Assembly (NCBI RefSeq): GCF_009914755.1
Contig: NC_060947.1
Length of the DNA stretch: 64,000 nucleotides
Source of the DNA: the human T2T-CHM13v2.0 reference genome, Homo sapiens
Direction: 5' to 3' (one strand)
Shown here: piece after piece, positions 1 through 13,939 of the stretch
How positions within the stretch are numbered: position 1 is the stretch's first letter
Layout: the number at the start of each line of letters is the position of its first letter
The notes under the pieces: model-generated
Databases searched by the model: none
Told to the model about the DNA's origin: nothing
Seen by the model: only the letters and a program-made list of their open reading frames with translations
Made by a program: the position numbers and the translations under genes

Positions 1-544
1 AGGGAATGATATCACAATCACTTGTGAAGCAGTGTCATCAAATCATTAAAGCTATTAAATTCTAACATCCCTAGAAAAATTGCCTTATTAAAATAGATTG
101 ATGAGCTATATTGTGTCATGTCTAGATAGCTCCATTCAACATTTAATTTAAGATATCCAAAAAAATCATACAGCTGAAAAATACATTAAAATAAAATAAA
201 TATATAATTTCCATTTGATTATTATAGTAATCTATCATATCAAAATCATAATGTAGTGTTTTTTATCAAAGCATGGTTCTTGCAATAATTCAAAGACCAC
301 AGCTGAGACAATAAAAGACCCTTCATGTTTCACATATATTTCCTGTCATCCACTAAGAACATCAATTTTTTTTAGGTTTACCTATATGTTTGGAGTAGAA
401 GAGAGCAAAGTGGTATTATTAAAGTTGTAAAATTTTAAGACAAGGTTTGGCAATTTTAGCACAATACTAAGAATTATTTCTTGGCTCTCTTTAGCATTGT
501 TTTTATATCTCTTAACTGTTAATGATGCATACTAAACTATTACA

Positions 545-707
545 GATGAAATATGATGATTCTGCTTTAAAATATTCCGGCCAAAAAGAATGGTGGAATA
601 GATAAATCAAGATGGGAAAAGTGTTCCTAATTGTGGAAACTGGGTGATAGTTACATGGAGTTGATTATATTATTCTCTCTGCTTTTGCGTGTATGTGAAA
701 ATTTCCA
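545..707 (+). mobile_element. Old L1M (L1ME-like) 3' end fragment
   Basis: ctgggtgatagttacatggag...attatattattctctctgcttttg...gaaaatttccat resembles the L1ME 3' terminus. Confidence 0.6.
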
Positions 708-1066
708 TGCCTTATTCCATTCCTGCTGCTATATCAAAATACCACAGATTGAGTAATTTTTATAGAACAGATATTTATTTCTCACAGTTCTGGAGGCTTA
801 GAAGTCCAAGATAAAAGCATCAGCAGAATCAGTGTCTAGTGAACGCTCATTCTCTACTTCCAAGATGGCACCTTGTTGCTACATCCTTACATGCGGGGAA
901 GGCAGAAGGACAACAGGGACCAATGTTGTGTGACGCCTCTTTTAAAACACATTATTCCCACTCAAGAGGACACAGCCCTCAGGACCTACTCACTCTTAAT
1001 ATGATCACATTGGTATTTAAGTTTCAACATATGAATTTTGGAGGGACACATAAATTCAAACCATAG
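708..1066 (-). mobile_element. MaLR solo LTR (MLT1A-like)
   Basis: atttatttctcacagttctggaggc and terminal caacatatgaattttggagggacac...aaaccatag are the reverse complement of the MLT1A/MST LTR start. Confidence 0.8.
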
Positions 1067-1067
1067 G

Positions 1068-1803
<736 letters not shown>

Positions 1804-2117
1804 CCAAAGTACTAAACTAAAAAAATTTTTAATCTCAATTCATCCTATCTTCACAGGATTCACTTCAGTAAATGTGATTCAATGATGTATATGAAATTTT
1901 TTTCTTTTCTGAATCCAAACATGAAAGAAAATTTACCTGTAAATGATTATTCTACTGAAATAGAATACACGTACACATAGCTGCTTAAAAATAGTTTAAA
2001 CTCAGCAAGATTTTTGGGAGATCTATTCTTGAAGTGATGTAACTAGTGGCTTTATTGTCTCAAAAGTGGTAGAAAAATTTAAGGAACAAATTTAGTCATT
2101 ATTTCCCTTATATGAAT

Positions 2118-2495
2118 CAACGAGAATCCTTAATCCAAACATCTGAAATTCAAAATGCTTCAAAATCCAAAACTTTTGAGCACCAACATGACACGACAAG
2201 TGGAAAATTCCATACCTGACCTCATGTGACAGGTCAAAGTCAAAACAGAGTCAAAACTTTGTTTCTTTTACAAAATTATTTAAAACATTGTATCAAATTA
2301 CCTTCAGGCTATGTGTATAAGGTGTATATGAAATGGAAATTTTACACTCTCTTGGGTCTCATCCACAAGCTATCGTTATGTATCTGCAAACAGATATACA
2401 CATCTATGTATATGCAAACATTCCAAAATCTGGAAAGATCTGGAAACAGAAACACTTCTGATCTCAAGCATTTTGGATAAGGGATACTCAACTTG
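2118..2495 (-). mobile_element. Tigger4/MER46 DNA transposon derivative
   Basis: Ends in caagcattttggataagggatactcaacttg (Tigger4 TIR); internal ccttcaggctatgtgtataaggtgtatatgaaa. Confidence 0.8.
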
Positions 2496-2899
2496 TTTTT
2501 ATTCAAGAAACATACTAGGGGCTGTAGAAAACAATAAAATAGACAAGACATTGGCCCAACTGTCAAAAAGTTAACAGATCAGCAGACGAGATAACATTAG
2601 CACATAGCAAACAGCAAACAACAAACAAATGGCTGAAAGCTGAACTGCATGTTTCTGGCAGTAATTATAAAGGAATTTATCAAAGTGAGAGTTTTCTGAA
2701 AGTCTCACATAAGAGATGGGAATAGAAATGGTCTTTTAAAAATGGATAAACTTTGGGCAAGCTGGAAAAAATACCATGTTTCATGCAGAGAGTTCAGTGC
2801 AAACAAAGATATAAAGAAACATGAGTTTGCATGGCATGTATATACTAAAGAGAGAATTGAGCCCAGAGCAAAGGCACACATTAAGGAATAATAAGGACA

Positions 2900-3142
2900 A
2901 CAGTAATAATAATAGCAAACCCTTACTCTGCACCAAACACTATTCTAACTGTTCTCTATATATTTATCCTTAAGAGTTATATGTTATTAGTGACAACCCA
3001 ACATTGCAAATGAAGAAACTAAAGCATGGTGAGGTTAAGTAACTTGACAAAGATCACAGAGTTAATAATGGTAGAGCAAGGCTTTGAACCCAGACAGTCT
3101 AGATCTAGAACACATGTGCTGATTTCCATGCTATACTGCCTA
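2900..3142 (-). mobile_element. MIR SINE
   Basis: MIR core gaagaaactaaagc...gaggttaagtaacttgacaaagatcacagag...tttgaacccagacagtct. Confidence 0.8.
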
Positions 3143-4019
3143 CCCAGTGGGACTTGATAGGTAGTTTGAGAGCAGATGATGAAAGTCAGACAGGACTTTC
3201 TACTTGATACTGACTAACCATATTGTTTTCTTGACAGACAGATAACATGGCGTGAAATGCAGTCTCTGATACTAAAGTGGACTTCATTCTCATCTTCACT
3301 TCAAATGACCACTACCTTTACGGACTGTCCAAAATTGTACAGTCTAGAAGCTGAGAGCTAACTTTTGCTCTCTTAAGTCAAAGAATCAGAAAACTGTGGC
3401 ACTATGTTTAAGCAACTTGGCTGGAAACACATAACTTTGTGTTGCATCAGAGAACTGAAAATCAAAAAATTCTTGGTTTCAATCCTAGACTTCACAAACC
3501 AGTGCACACTTCTTCTCTCAGAACTATAATATAATTCTAGAGGCTGAAAACGGCAGTGCATTTAACTGGATCTCAGCCGTCTGTCTCACATCTAATGACA
3601 CAATGTGGTAACTATTACGCAATAATTCACAGCCTGTTGTGTTTTATTGCACTTCAAGCAGATAAAAATAAATAGTGCAGGTATTTTTAATAATCCTTTC
3701 CATTATTGTTCAGCTCAATATACAAACCCCACTGTTTATCCAACTCTTAGATTAAATCTTAAAACCCAGAATAAAGTTCTAGAATCTAAGATTGTAATTA
3801 TTCATGGTCTCCTCTTTTCATACTTTTGCTATTACCTCTAACCTTCCCATCTGACTAGTTCTTAGGCCTGTTGCTGACTAAATTTGATTATTTTCACTAC
3901 TTTTGTTATATACTAGAAGTATTAAGTTAGCTTCCCAAATATCTCCCCTTTAAGGCCAGAATTAACTATGGGGGAGTACAAAACATTTGTATTGTCATAC
4001 CAGAACTACTTTCTTGAAC

Positions 4020-4133
4020 TCAGATGACAAACCATGTTGGTTTGCCCAAAACTTTCCTGGTTTAGGCACTGAAAGTACTGCATTCCAGGAAAAGACCTCA
4101 GTTCTGGGCAAACAAGGGGAGATGGTCACCCTA
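4020..4133. mobile_element. MER81 (hAT-Blackjack MITE)
   Basis: ~114 bp, palindromic ggtttgccc...gggcaaac, ends ggtcacccta. Confidence 0.7.
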
Positions 4134-5139
4134 GTGTCTAGTACAGCTTCTAAACTGTTAGAGAAAAACCTGTGTGCCTGTCTCTACATAACTGTTTGTG
4201 TGCCTACACACCAAAACACTAAATATGTGTAAGTGACCAAAAAGATTAAGACCTGAATAAAAAGCAGAACTCTTGGCCAGCCTCCTGAAGAGATATTTAA
4301 TCTCAGAATGAGAACTACTCCTTCCACTTAGAACAGAAGTGAGCCTTTGCCCTTAACCTTGTTAATATACAAGGATAAAAGTAAAAACACTTCCTAGTAA
4401 CTCCTCAAGTTGCAGTAATGCTGCTAACACACTGTGTTGGGAACTTAGGTTACCAATTTATCTGAAAATCTAACCCACTCTTAATTAAAACTAATTGCAC
4501 ACATGGAATTTCTATATTGTAGTGCACTGGCCTGTGACACAGTTTTTAGGAGCTACAATAGTTTAGAAATTTTTTATTTTAAAGCAGCAGAAACCCCAGT
4601 ATTAGTATTAAAGAAAAATGAGTCACATTAACTGTTGAGGTATTCTTTGCAAAAGCCATAATTTTACTTGAAAGCAAGGAAGTGAAAAAAGGGGAAGCTG
4701 GTATTTTAATAAAATACCTTCTCTTAAGATCCTTGCTAAGAGGGTGGGCATTATTGCTCAACACACACTGTAGTCTCAAAAACACTTGAGCAAGAATCTA
4801 AAAGCAAGAGTTCCTCTTCAGAAAACTTTGAGAAAACTTTCTTCCCTCTCTTAGGCCCTATATTTTAGGAACAGCCAGGGACAAAATAAATTTTAAGTTA
4901 AAAACATCAAAAAGTATTTTGAACACACTTCCATTTTTATTTATTTATTATTATTATACTTTAAGTTCTGGGATACAGGTGCAGAATGTGCAGGTTTGTC
5001 ACGTAGGTATACATGTGCCATGGTGCTTTGCTGCATCCATCAACCCGTCATCCACATTAGATATTTCTCCTAATGCTATCCCTCCCCTTTGCCCCCCACC
5101 CCCCAACAGGCCCCAGTGAATGATGTTCCCCTCCCTAGG

Positions 5140-6970
5140 CCCATATGTTCTCATTGTTCAACTCCCACTTATGAGTGAGAACATGTGGTATTTGGTTTTC
5201 TGTTCCTGTGTTAGTTTGCTGAGAATGATGGTGTCTAGCTTCATCCATGTCCCTGCAAAGGACATGAGCTTATTATTTTTATGGCTGCATAGTATTCCAT
5301 GGTATATATGTGCCACATTTTTTTTATCCAGTCTAACACTGATGGGCATTTGGGTTGGTTCCAAGTCTTTGCTATTGTGAATAGTGCTGCAAAAAACATA
5401 CGTGTGCATGTGTCTGTACAGCAGAATGATTTATAATCCTTTGGGTATGTACCCAGTAATGGGATTGCTGAATCAAATGGTATTTCTAGTTCTAGATCCT
5501 TGAGGAATCACCACGCTGTCTTCCACAATAGTTGAACTAATTTACACTCCCACCAACAGTGTAAAAGCATAACTATTCCTCCACATCCTCTCCAGCATCT
5601 GTTGTTTCCTGACTTTTTAATGATCTCCATTCTAACTGGAATGACATGGTATCTCATTGTGGTTTTGATTTGCATTTCTCTAATGAGCAGTGATGATGAA
5701 CTTTTTTTCATATGTTTGTGGGCCACATAAATGTCTTCTTTGGAAAAGTGTCTGTTCATATCCTTTGCCCACTTTTTGATGGGGTTGTTTTTTTCTTGTA
5801 AATTTGTTTAAGTTCCTTGTAGATTCTGGGCATTAGCCCTTTGTCAGATGGATAGATTGCAAAAGTTTTCTCCCATTCTGTAGGTTGCCTGTTCACTCTG
5901 ATGATAGTTTCTTTTGCTGTGCAGAAGCTCTTTAGTTTAATTAGATCTCATTTGTCAATTTCGGCTTTTGTTGCCATTGCTTTAGGTATTTGAGTCATGA
6001 AGTCTTTGTCCATGCCTATGTCCTGAATGGTATTGCCTAGGTTTTCTTCTAGGGTTTTTATGGTTTTAGGTCTTACATTTAAGTCTTTAATCCATCTTGA
6101 GTTAATTTTTGTATAAGGTGTAAGGAAGGGGTCCAGTTTCAGTTTTCTGCATATGGTTAGCCAGTTTTCCCAATACCATTTATTAAATAGGGAATCTTTT
6201 CCCCATTGCTTGTTTTTGTCAGGTTTGTCAAAGATCAGATGGTTGTAGATGTGTGGTGTTATTTCTGAGGCCTCTGTTCTGTTCCATTGGTCTATATATC
6301 TGTTTTGGTACCAGTACCATGCTGTTTAGGTTACTGTAGCCTTGTAGCATAGTTTGAAGTCAGGTAGCATGATGCCTCCAGCTTTGTTCCTTTGGCTTAG
6401 GATCGTCTTGGCTATACTGGCTCTTTTTTGGTTCCATACAAAATTTAAAGTAGTTTTTTCCAATTCTGTGAAGAAAGGCAATGGTACCTTGATGGGGATG
6501 GCATTGAATCCATAAATTACTTTGGGCAGTATGGTCATTTTCACGATATTGATTCTTCCTATTCATGAGCATGGAATGTTTTTCCATTTGTTTGGGTGCT
6601 CTTATTTCCTTGAGCCGCGTTTTGTACCACTGATTTCCGTTCTTTTGCATTTGCTGAGGAGTGTTTTATTTCCAATTACGTGGTCGATTTTAGAATATGT
6701 GCTATGTAGTGCTGAGAAGAATGTATATTCTGTTGATTTGAAGTGGAGAGTTGCATAGATGTCTATTAGGTACACTTGGTCCAGAGCTGAGTTCAAGTCC
6801 TGAATATACTTGTTAATTTTCTGTCTCATTAATCTGTCTAATATTGACAGTGGGGTGTGAAAGTCTCCCACTTTTATTGTGTAGGAGTCTCTTCGTAGGT
6901 CTCTAAGAACTTGCTTTATGAACCTGGGTATATATTTAGGAAAAATATTTAGGATAGTTAGCTCTTCTTG
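5140..6970 (-). pseudogene. Disrupted L1 ORF2 (partial endonuclease and C-terminal regions; most of RT missing)
   Basis: Fragments [58 protein letters not shown] in different frames. Confidence 0.9.
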
Positions 6971-7018
6971 TTTCCCATTAGTTGATGCAGTTTCTTCATT
7001 GACCATAGTCGATGGTCT

Positions 7019-8042
7019 TTACATTTTGGGTTGTTTTTGCAGTGGCTGGTACCGGTTTTTCCTTTCCATATTTAATGCTTCCTTCAGGAATTCTTGTAAG
7101 GCAGGCCTGGTGGTGACAAAATCCCTCAGCATTTGCTTGTCTGTAAAGGATTTTATTTCTCCTTCACTTATGAAGCTTAGTTTGGCTGGATATGAAATTT
7201 GGGTTGAAAATTCTTTTCTTTAAGAATGTTGAATATTGACCATCACTCTCTTCTGGCTTGTAGGGTTTCTGCAGAGAGATCAGCTGTTAGTCTGATGGGC
7301 TTCCCTTTGTGGGTAACCCGACCTTTCTCTCTGGCTGCCCTTAACAGTTTTTCCTTCATTTCAACCTTGGTGAATCTGACAATTATGTGTCTTGGGGTTG
7401 CTCTTCTAAGGAGTATCTTTGTGGTGTTCTCTGTATTTCCTGAATTTGAATGTTGGCCTCTCTTGCTAGGTTCGGGAAGTTCTCCTGGATTACATCCTGA
7501 AGTGTGTTTTCCAACTTGGTTCCTTTCTCCCCATCACTTTCAGGTACACCAATCAAACGTAGGTTTGGTCTTTTCATATAGTCCCATATTTCTTGGAGGC
7601 TTGGTTCGTTCCTTTTTATTCTTTTTTCTCTAATCTTGTCTTCATGCTTTATTTCATTAAGTTGATCTTCAATCTCTGATATCCTTTGTTCTGCTTGATT
7701 GATTCGGCTATTGATACTTGCGTATGCTTCACGAAGTTCTCGTGCTGTGTTTTTCAGTTCCATCAGGTCATTTATGTTCTTTTCTAAACTAGTTATTCTA
7801 GTTAGCAATTCCTCTAACCTTTTATCAAGGTTCTTAGCTTCCTTGCATTGGGTTATAACATGCTCCTTTAGCTTGGAGAAGTTTGTTATTTCCCACCTTC
7901 TGAAGCCTACTTCTGTCAATTCATCAAACTTATTCTCCATCCAGTTTTGTTCCCTTGCTGGCCAGGTGTTGTGATCCTCTGGAGGAGAAGAGGCATTCTG
8001 GTTTTTGGAATTTTCAGCCTTTTTGTGCTGGTTTTTCCTCAT
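7019..8042 (-). pseudogene. L1 ORF1p remnant (N-terminal ~210 codons open, then frameshifted)
   Basis: MRKNQHKKAENSKNQNASSPP...RIKRNEPSLQEIWDYMKRPNLRLIGVPESDGE is LINE-1 ORF1p. Confidence 0.9.
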
Positions 8043-10414
8043 CTCCATGGATTTATCTACCTTTGGTCTTTGCTGTTGGTGACCTTTGGATGGAGTTTTT
8101 GCATGGTCATCCTTTTTGTTAATGTTGATGCTATTGCTTTCTTTTTGTTAGTTTTCCTTCTGTCAGGCCCCTCTTCTGTAGGTCTGCTGGAGTTTGCTGG
8201 GGTTCCACTCCAGACCCTGTTTGCCTGGGTATCACCAGTGGAGGCTGCAGAACAGCAAAGATTGCTGTCTGTTCCTTCCTCTGGAAGCTTCGTCCCAGAG
8301 GGGCACCTGCCAGATGCCAGCCAGTGCTTTCCTGTATGACGTGTCTGTCCACCCCTGCTGGGAGGTGTCTCCTTTTCGGGAGGCACGGGGTTCAGGGACC
8401 CACTTGAGGAGGCAGTCTGACCCTTAGCAGAGCTCTAGCACTGTGCTGGGAGATCCACTGCTCTCTTCAGAGCCAGCAGGCAGGAACGCTTAAGGGCGCC
8501 CACAGCTCCCCATTCCCCCAGGTGCTCCGTCCCAGAGAGATGGGACTTTTAGCTATAAGCCCCTGACTGGGGCTGCTGCCTTTCTTTCAGAGATGTCCTG
8601 CCCAGAGAGGAGGAATCTAGAGAGGCAGTCTGGCTATAGCGGCTTTGCTGAGCTGCGGTGGGTCCGAACTTCCAGGCGGCTTTGTTTACACTGTGTGAGG
8701 AAAACCGACTACTCAAGCCTCAGTAATGGCGGGCGCCCCTTCCCCCACCAAGCTCGGGCACCCCTCCCCCCACCAAGCTCGAGCATCTCAGGTTGACTTC
8801 AGACTGTGAAGTCTGACTGTGCTGGCAGCAAGAATTTCAAGCCAGTGGATCTTAGCTTGCTGGGCTCTTTGGGGGTGGGATCTGCTGAGCAAGACCACTT
8901 GGCTCCCTGGCTTCAGCCCCCCTTCCAGGGGAGTGAACGGTTCTGTCTCACTGGCGTTCCAGGTGCCACTAGGACAAGAAAAAAGCTCCTCCAGTTAGCT
9001 CAGTGTCTGCCCAAATGGCCGCCCAGTTTTGTGCTTGAAACCCAGGGCCTTGGTGGTGTAGGCACCTGAGGGAATCTCCTGGTCTGCGGATTGCGAAGAC
9101 CATGGGAAAAGCACAGTGTCTGAGCTGGATAGCACCATCCCTCACAGCATGGTCCCTCATGGCTTCCCTTGGCTAGGAAAGGAAGTTCCCCGACCCCTTG
9201 CGCTTCCCAGGTGAGGCGACACTCCACCCTGCTTCTGCTCACCCTCTGGGGGCTGCACCCACTATCTAACCAGTCTCAGTGAGATGAACCGGGTACCTTA
9301 GTTGGAAATGCACAAATCACTGACCTTTTGCGTTGGTCTCGTTGGAAGCTGCAGACTGGAGCTGCTCCTATTCAGCCATCTTGCCCAGGAATAATCAACA
9401 CTTCCCTTTTCTTTAAATAGAAGTTGTTTGGGAGACTGATAATAAATAGAGATGCATTGTATAATTACATCTAATATACAATATGTGACTTTTCATCACA
9501 ACTTCTTATTAATCCCCTAATAGGGTCCCCAAAAAGCATCTTGAATGACTCTAATGAAACAATATTATGCTAGTCAGAACTAGATTTTAAATCAGAATTA
9601 ATACTTTATTTTATTTGCTGACTGTATTAATGGGAAAATGACAAGAATAGTTAGTATATTTCTAGAGGAAATCAAGCTGAGATAGAACATTTTATTATTA
9701 CAGAATTTTATTCTAGAGCAAACACATTTGAGATTAAAACTTAAATTATACATCACACTTTTGTAAATGTAAAACAGAAGATAGAGACAGAAAAGCTAGT
9801 TCATTTCAGATTCATATGCCGAAATGGAGATTTTATGTTTAATATTGCTGAGGTTTTGTGATTAAGCCTTAAACGTACAGGGGTGGCTATTTTAAGGCTC
9901 TACAGAATGTTAACTTCTGCACTTGATGTTAGCCAAAAGGCCAAGAAGTGATCAGAATGTCAACTTCTGTACATTCCCTTGGTAAAATTTCACTGCAGAT
10001 AAAATGAGAAAAGCAGTTAAAAACAAAACCATGCAAGCAAACAAAGAGAAAATCTAGGAAACATAAAAAAGAACCCGGTGAAAAGTTACTTTTTTTTGAT
10101 GCATTGTTGTCTTCATGCGTTTGACAATGAAAGATACTACTAATAGAACCTAATGTTCCCTTCTGGCACCCTAGACTCAAATTCCATGTGCAAGACTAGT
10201 GTTTGCTCTTATTGCCAGCTATGGCAGTATTCTCCCTAGGGGGCCCTGTCCTCTGGCCCTTCATGGGCACCAGAATCAGGAAAAGAACTCATTGTGCTAA
10301 CAATAGCAAGATAAAGGAAGACTGGTAAATACATGAGCTGCTGGATATGTGGCCTGGCTTTGTTGTTTTCAGTATGTCACATCCACAGTTTTGTTTTCAA
10401 TGGAAACGTGTTAA

Positions 10415-10830
10415 CACTGAGTTGAAAGTTAGGGACCTGGGTTTTAAGTCATGGCTCTGACACTAACTGGCTCTATAATCTTAGGCAAGCTGTTTTACCT
10501 CTCAGGGTTTTAGACTAGAATAGTCACTAGGTGACCTCTATGAGCACCATTCAGAGACTTGAAGTCAAAGTCAAAAGCAAAGGCAATTGTTTGAACAATG
10601 TTATCTTAGATCAAATCACCCCAGCTGATCCCAGATATGTGAGAGGCACTGTAGAAAAGTACTTATTAATGTGCTTCTGGAACCAGACTTCCTCTTATTA
10701 CCTTTGTGACCAGGGTCAAATTTCTTTTCTGTACCCTCATTTCCTTTTCTATAAAATGGGAATAATAACAGTACCTATCCCACAGGGTTATTATAAGGAT
10801 TAACTGAAATTATCTATGTACAACCCTAAG
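10415..10830 (+). mobile_element. MIR fragments (two)
   Basis: gacctgggtttt...ggcaagctg and ctcatttccttttctataaaatgggaataataacagtacc. Confidence 0.65.
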
Positions 10831-11039
10831 AGCATCATCTGTTTATTCCTAATACATGCAGGAAGAGTTAATGAATTAATGAAGCTAGGTACTTTCCAGT
10901 AGCAGATGGGTTCAAGAACACAAATAGAATAATAAGGCTTTTAAACAAAGAAGACACTTCCTCCTAAAGTGACACTATTTTACTCCACACTCACACCCCC
11001 AGTTATTTTCCAGCAAGATGAATCACTAACTCTATCTAA

Positions 11040-11196
11040 CACCAGAATCACCCGAATGGCTTGTTACAACAAAGGTTGCTGGTCTCAGTCCTACTGATTT
11101 AGTAGGTCTGGGATGGGGTAGAAAATTTGCATTTCCAACAAGTTTCCAAGTGTTGTTGATATTGGTGGCCCAGGAATCATACTTTGAGAACTACTG
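11040..11196. mobile_element. MER5A (hAT-Charlie)
   Basis: cagaatcacc...gtaggtctggg...tttgcatttccaacaagt...tttgagaactactg. Confidence 0.8.
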
Positions 11197-11384
11197 CGCT
11201 AAATAAAATCTCCCTGATTTCTCATAGTCAGAGAACTATCAGGACCTGCATAAATTGGGTGCCCGAGGACGACACCATCTCTTATTCCTTGACTCAACAG
11301 TACAGCTTGCTAGCCTGTGTATGACTACCAACATACCTGACCACACTTCGAGAACCACCGATCTAGTAAATCGCACTATTTGTT

Positions 11385-11907
11385 CCCTTCCTCACTATGT
11401 TCCAGCCACAATGGCTTTTTTCTGTTCTTAAAACCAGCTAAAGACTCTACCTCACAGTTCCTATAATTTCTAAAATTTACACTTGGAAATCTGCTCTCTT
11501 AGATCTTCACATGGCTGGCTCACCTCCTCTTTCAACAATCACCTCTTCTTTATAAGTATGTATATTTATGAAGAAAAACAAGAAGAGGTATTACATTTTA
11601 TTACCACAGAAATTCATTATGGCGAAAACATATTTGAGATTAGAAACTTTAATTATAAATCACACTTTTTATAAAAAGAACCCCCCATTCCAGCTTATCA
11701 CCTTGTTTTAGTTCCCTCATATCAATTATCTGATCTGTAAATATATAATTTTTTTCATAAATGTATTTGCTTGCTTGTTTTCTTCCCCCATAGAATGTAA
11801 GCTCCACAAGGTTGGAAGTTCTTTTTTAAGTAACTCTAATCCAAACACCTAAAAGACCACTAGGAATATAGTAAGCATTCAATAAATATTTATCAAATGA
11901 ATGAATA
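11385..11907 (+). mobile_element. L2 3' end
   Basis: tagaatgtaagctccac...tagtaagcattcaataaatatttatcaaatgaatgaat. Confidence 0.75.
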
Positions 11908-13939
11908 ATCCAGAAAGGAGCCATTTGCATCAGACTTCATATCACTGCTCCATGGAGAGTGAAAGTCTCTCTAGTTTTCATGCCTACCAAACTAGTAGAG
12001 ATCCAGCTTTCCTTCCAGAAGTAATATAATTTTAGTCCTCTTTAATCCTAGTTGTGTGAAGACTCTAAAAGGAAACTAAAGAATGTTCCATAAATGCAGT
12101 GTTGCTTTGTACTAATTATCTAAATATAAGTAAACCAACTTCTCAGAGTGACCTAAAACAAAAAATATGCAGGGTTATGCCACTTGCACTGTTGCTTGTT
12201 AAGCCAAGAACAAAATGTTACAGAGTGGAATGAGTTCCATCCACTGAAGAAAACAAAGCCGGTTCACTATGTCTTCTTCAATAGTGATGCTGCTGACAGA
12301 TTTTGTTGTTAACAGGTATTCAGTCTATACCCATTCATGAAAGGGAAGAGTTAATTCCTCTGGGTGAGCAGGAGGAACAGGTCTCATGGTCAACCTTACA
12401 TTCCAGTTTCCTCTTAGAGATGCACAAAACACATGGGAACAGAATGAAGGTTTTGAGAAGTCCTATATCAAAAAGGCTTTGAATTTGGTTAAGCCATGTT
12501 TCCCAATTTTGACCCATCCATGTGAGCAAAATACTGTAGGAAAAGCAAGTTCATGGTCCACAGCATTGACTTGTATGCTTGTTTTGTTTAGTGACAAACT
12601 CTTAGTGGGACAGCTAACTAGTGCACAAGTTCAGTAAGACTGTACAAGAATGTGAACCTTCAGTGAAGGAACAATGGGTCATTCATTTTACAAGGTACTT
12701 ACCATTATCCAGATTTCTAGAACAATATTCTAGCTCTTTAGCCACCACCCCCGCCCCCAACCAAACTGCCTAGAAACCTAATGTGTTTGAATTTCTTCAT
12801 ACCTAGTTTGCAGCTCTTCAATCAAAGTCATTGGAGACAAGGAGTGGTTTTTAAAATTTCCAATGATTTAGCACAGTTTTAGAGGGACATGCATGGAGCC
12901 ATGAAGAAGGAAGGCAGCCAAATCAATAGTGTCACATCTGAGGTCAATGGGTGACAGATGTCACTGTCAGACACACAAACTGATCATTTGCCTGCTCTTT
13001 AGTTTTCCCAGAGAGGGACTTCTAATGAACCCACACGGACTTCAAGGAGTTTTCTCTTTGGAAAGGATCATGGTTTTTCCATAAGAATGCCAAAAGAATT
13101 AATCTTTTGTCACTTGTGTTTATTTCTCAAGAGGCTTTTAGTCATTGCTGCTCCACAGCTCTAAGTGACAATAGTGCACAGGATACATTTACTTTTTTTT
13201 TTTTAAGGGGAAGCCAGCCTTCAAAACAGTAACATCCTGGACATTTTCCAGAAAGAGAGATTACAAAACTCACACCTGTGGCACTAACAGACATCAGTGT
13301 CTCTCTAGTGGTTGCCTGCCAACTTAACTCACCAAATAAACAGGAAGGGAATCTCTCAAGCCTTTATACATGTAGCCAGGACATTGGCTTTTAAATGATG
13401 AGACAAGAAATACTAAATAATACCTTTTATTAGCGGAACATAGCTAAAGTCTCAGAAAATTGTAAAGATTATTTTGAGTGTTGTTGGCACCTGAGGCTTG
13501 AATTCTGGGAGTTTTGCAAATTCTGCTTGAAGCTAAAGAGACTCTTATTTCAGGTCAGCCAGTGTGGTTATATTGACACATCTAAGGTTTTGTCTGTTCA
13601 GTCACATACTCAACAGGTTAAATTGATGGCTCGGTCATTCATTCAAATGTCTGAGGGGACTAAGTCCTGCTGTGCTATGGCAGCTTTAAATATTGATTCA
13701 GATACTTAACTCTTCCAAACTATTGTTTTCCATTAATGAATTTGTGTTATTTCCATACATAATAAACGTTACATATCTGATTATGAACAACAGCATCTCT
13801 ATAAATCACAAAGTTCCCTCGTTTATGGAAAGAAAGGTTGCTAGGATGCTAGTTCCAATAACCAGAATAGCGTGCACATTTAAATATAATTAAGATAGAA
13901 AAGTTCAGAGATATGGGGGTGGACATTAGGTCTCATTCC

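Larger units (their letters stand above)
4934..9397 (-). mobile_element. L1PA7-like LINE-1 with both ends and internal deletions (~4.5 kb)
   Basis: Poly-T and 3'UTR at 4934; ORF2 and ORF1 remnants; L1PA7/8-type 5'UTR ending cagccatcttg; TSD acacttcc(a/c)tttt at 4925 and 9398. Confidence 0.95.

Noticed and set aside
7226-9242. Several 70-135 aa ORFs over the L1
   Set aside because: Antisense or 5'UTR read-throughs of L1PA7.
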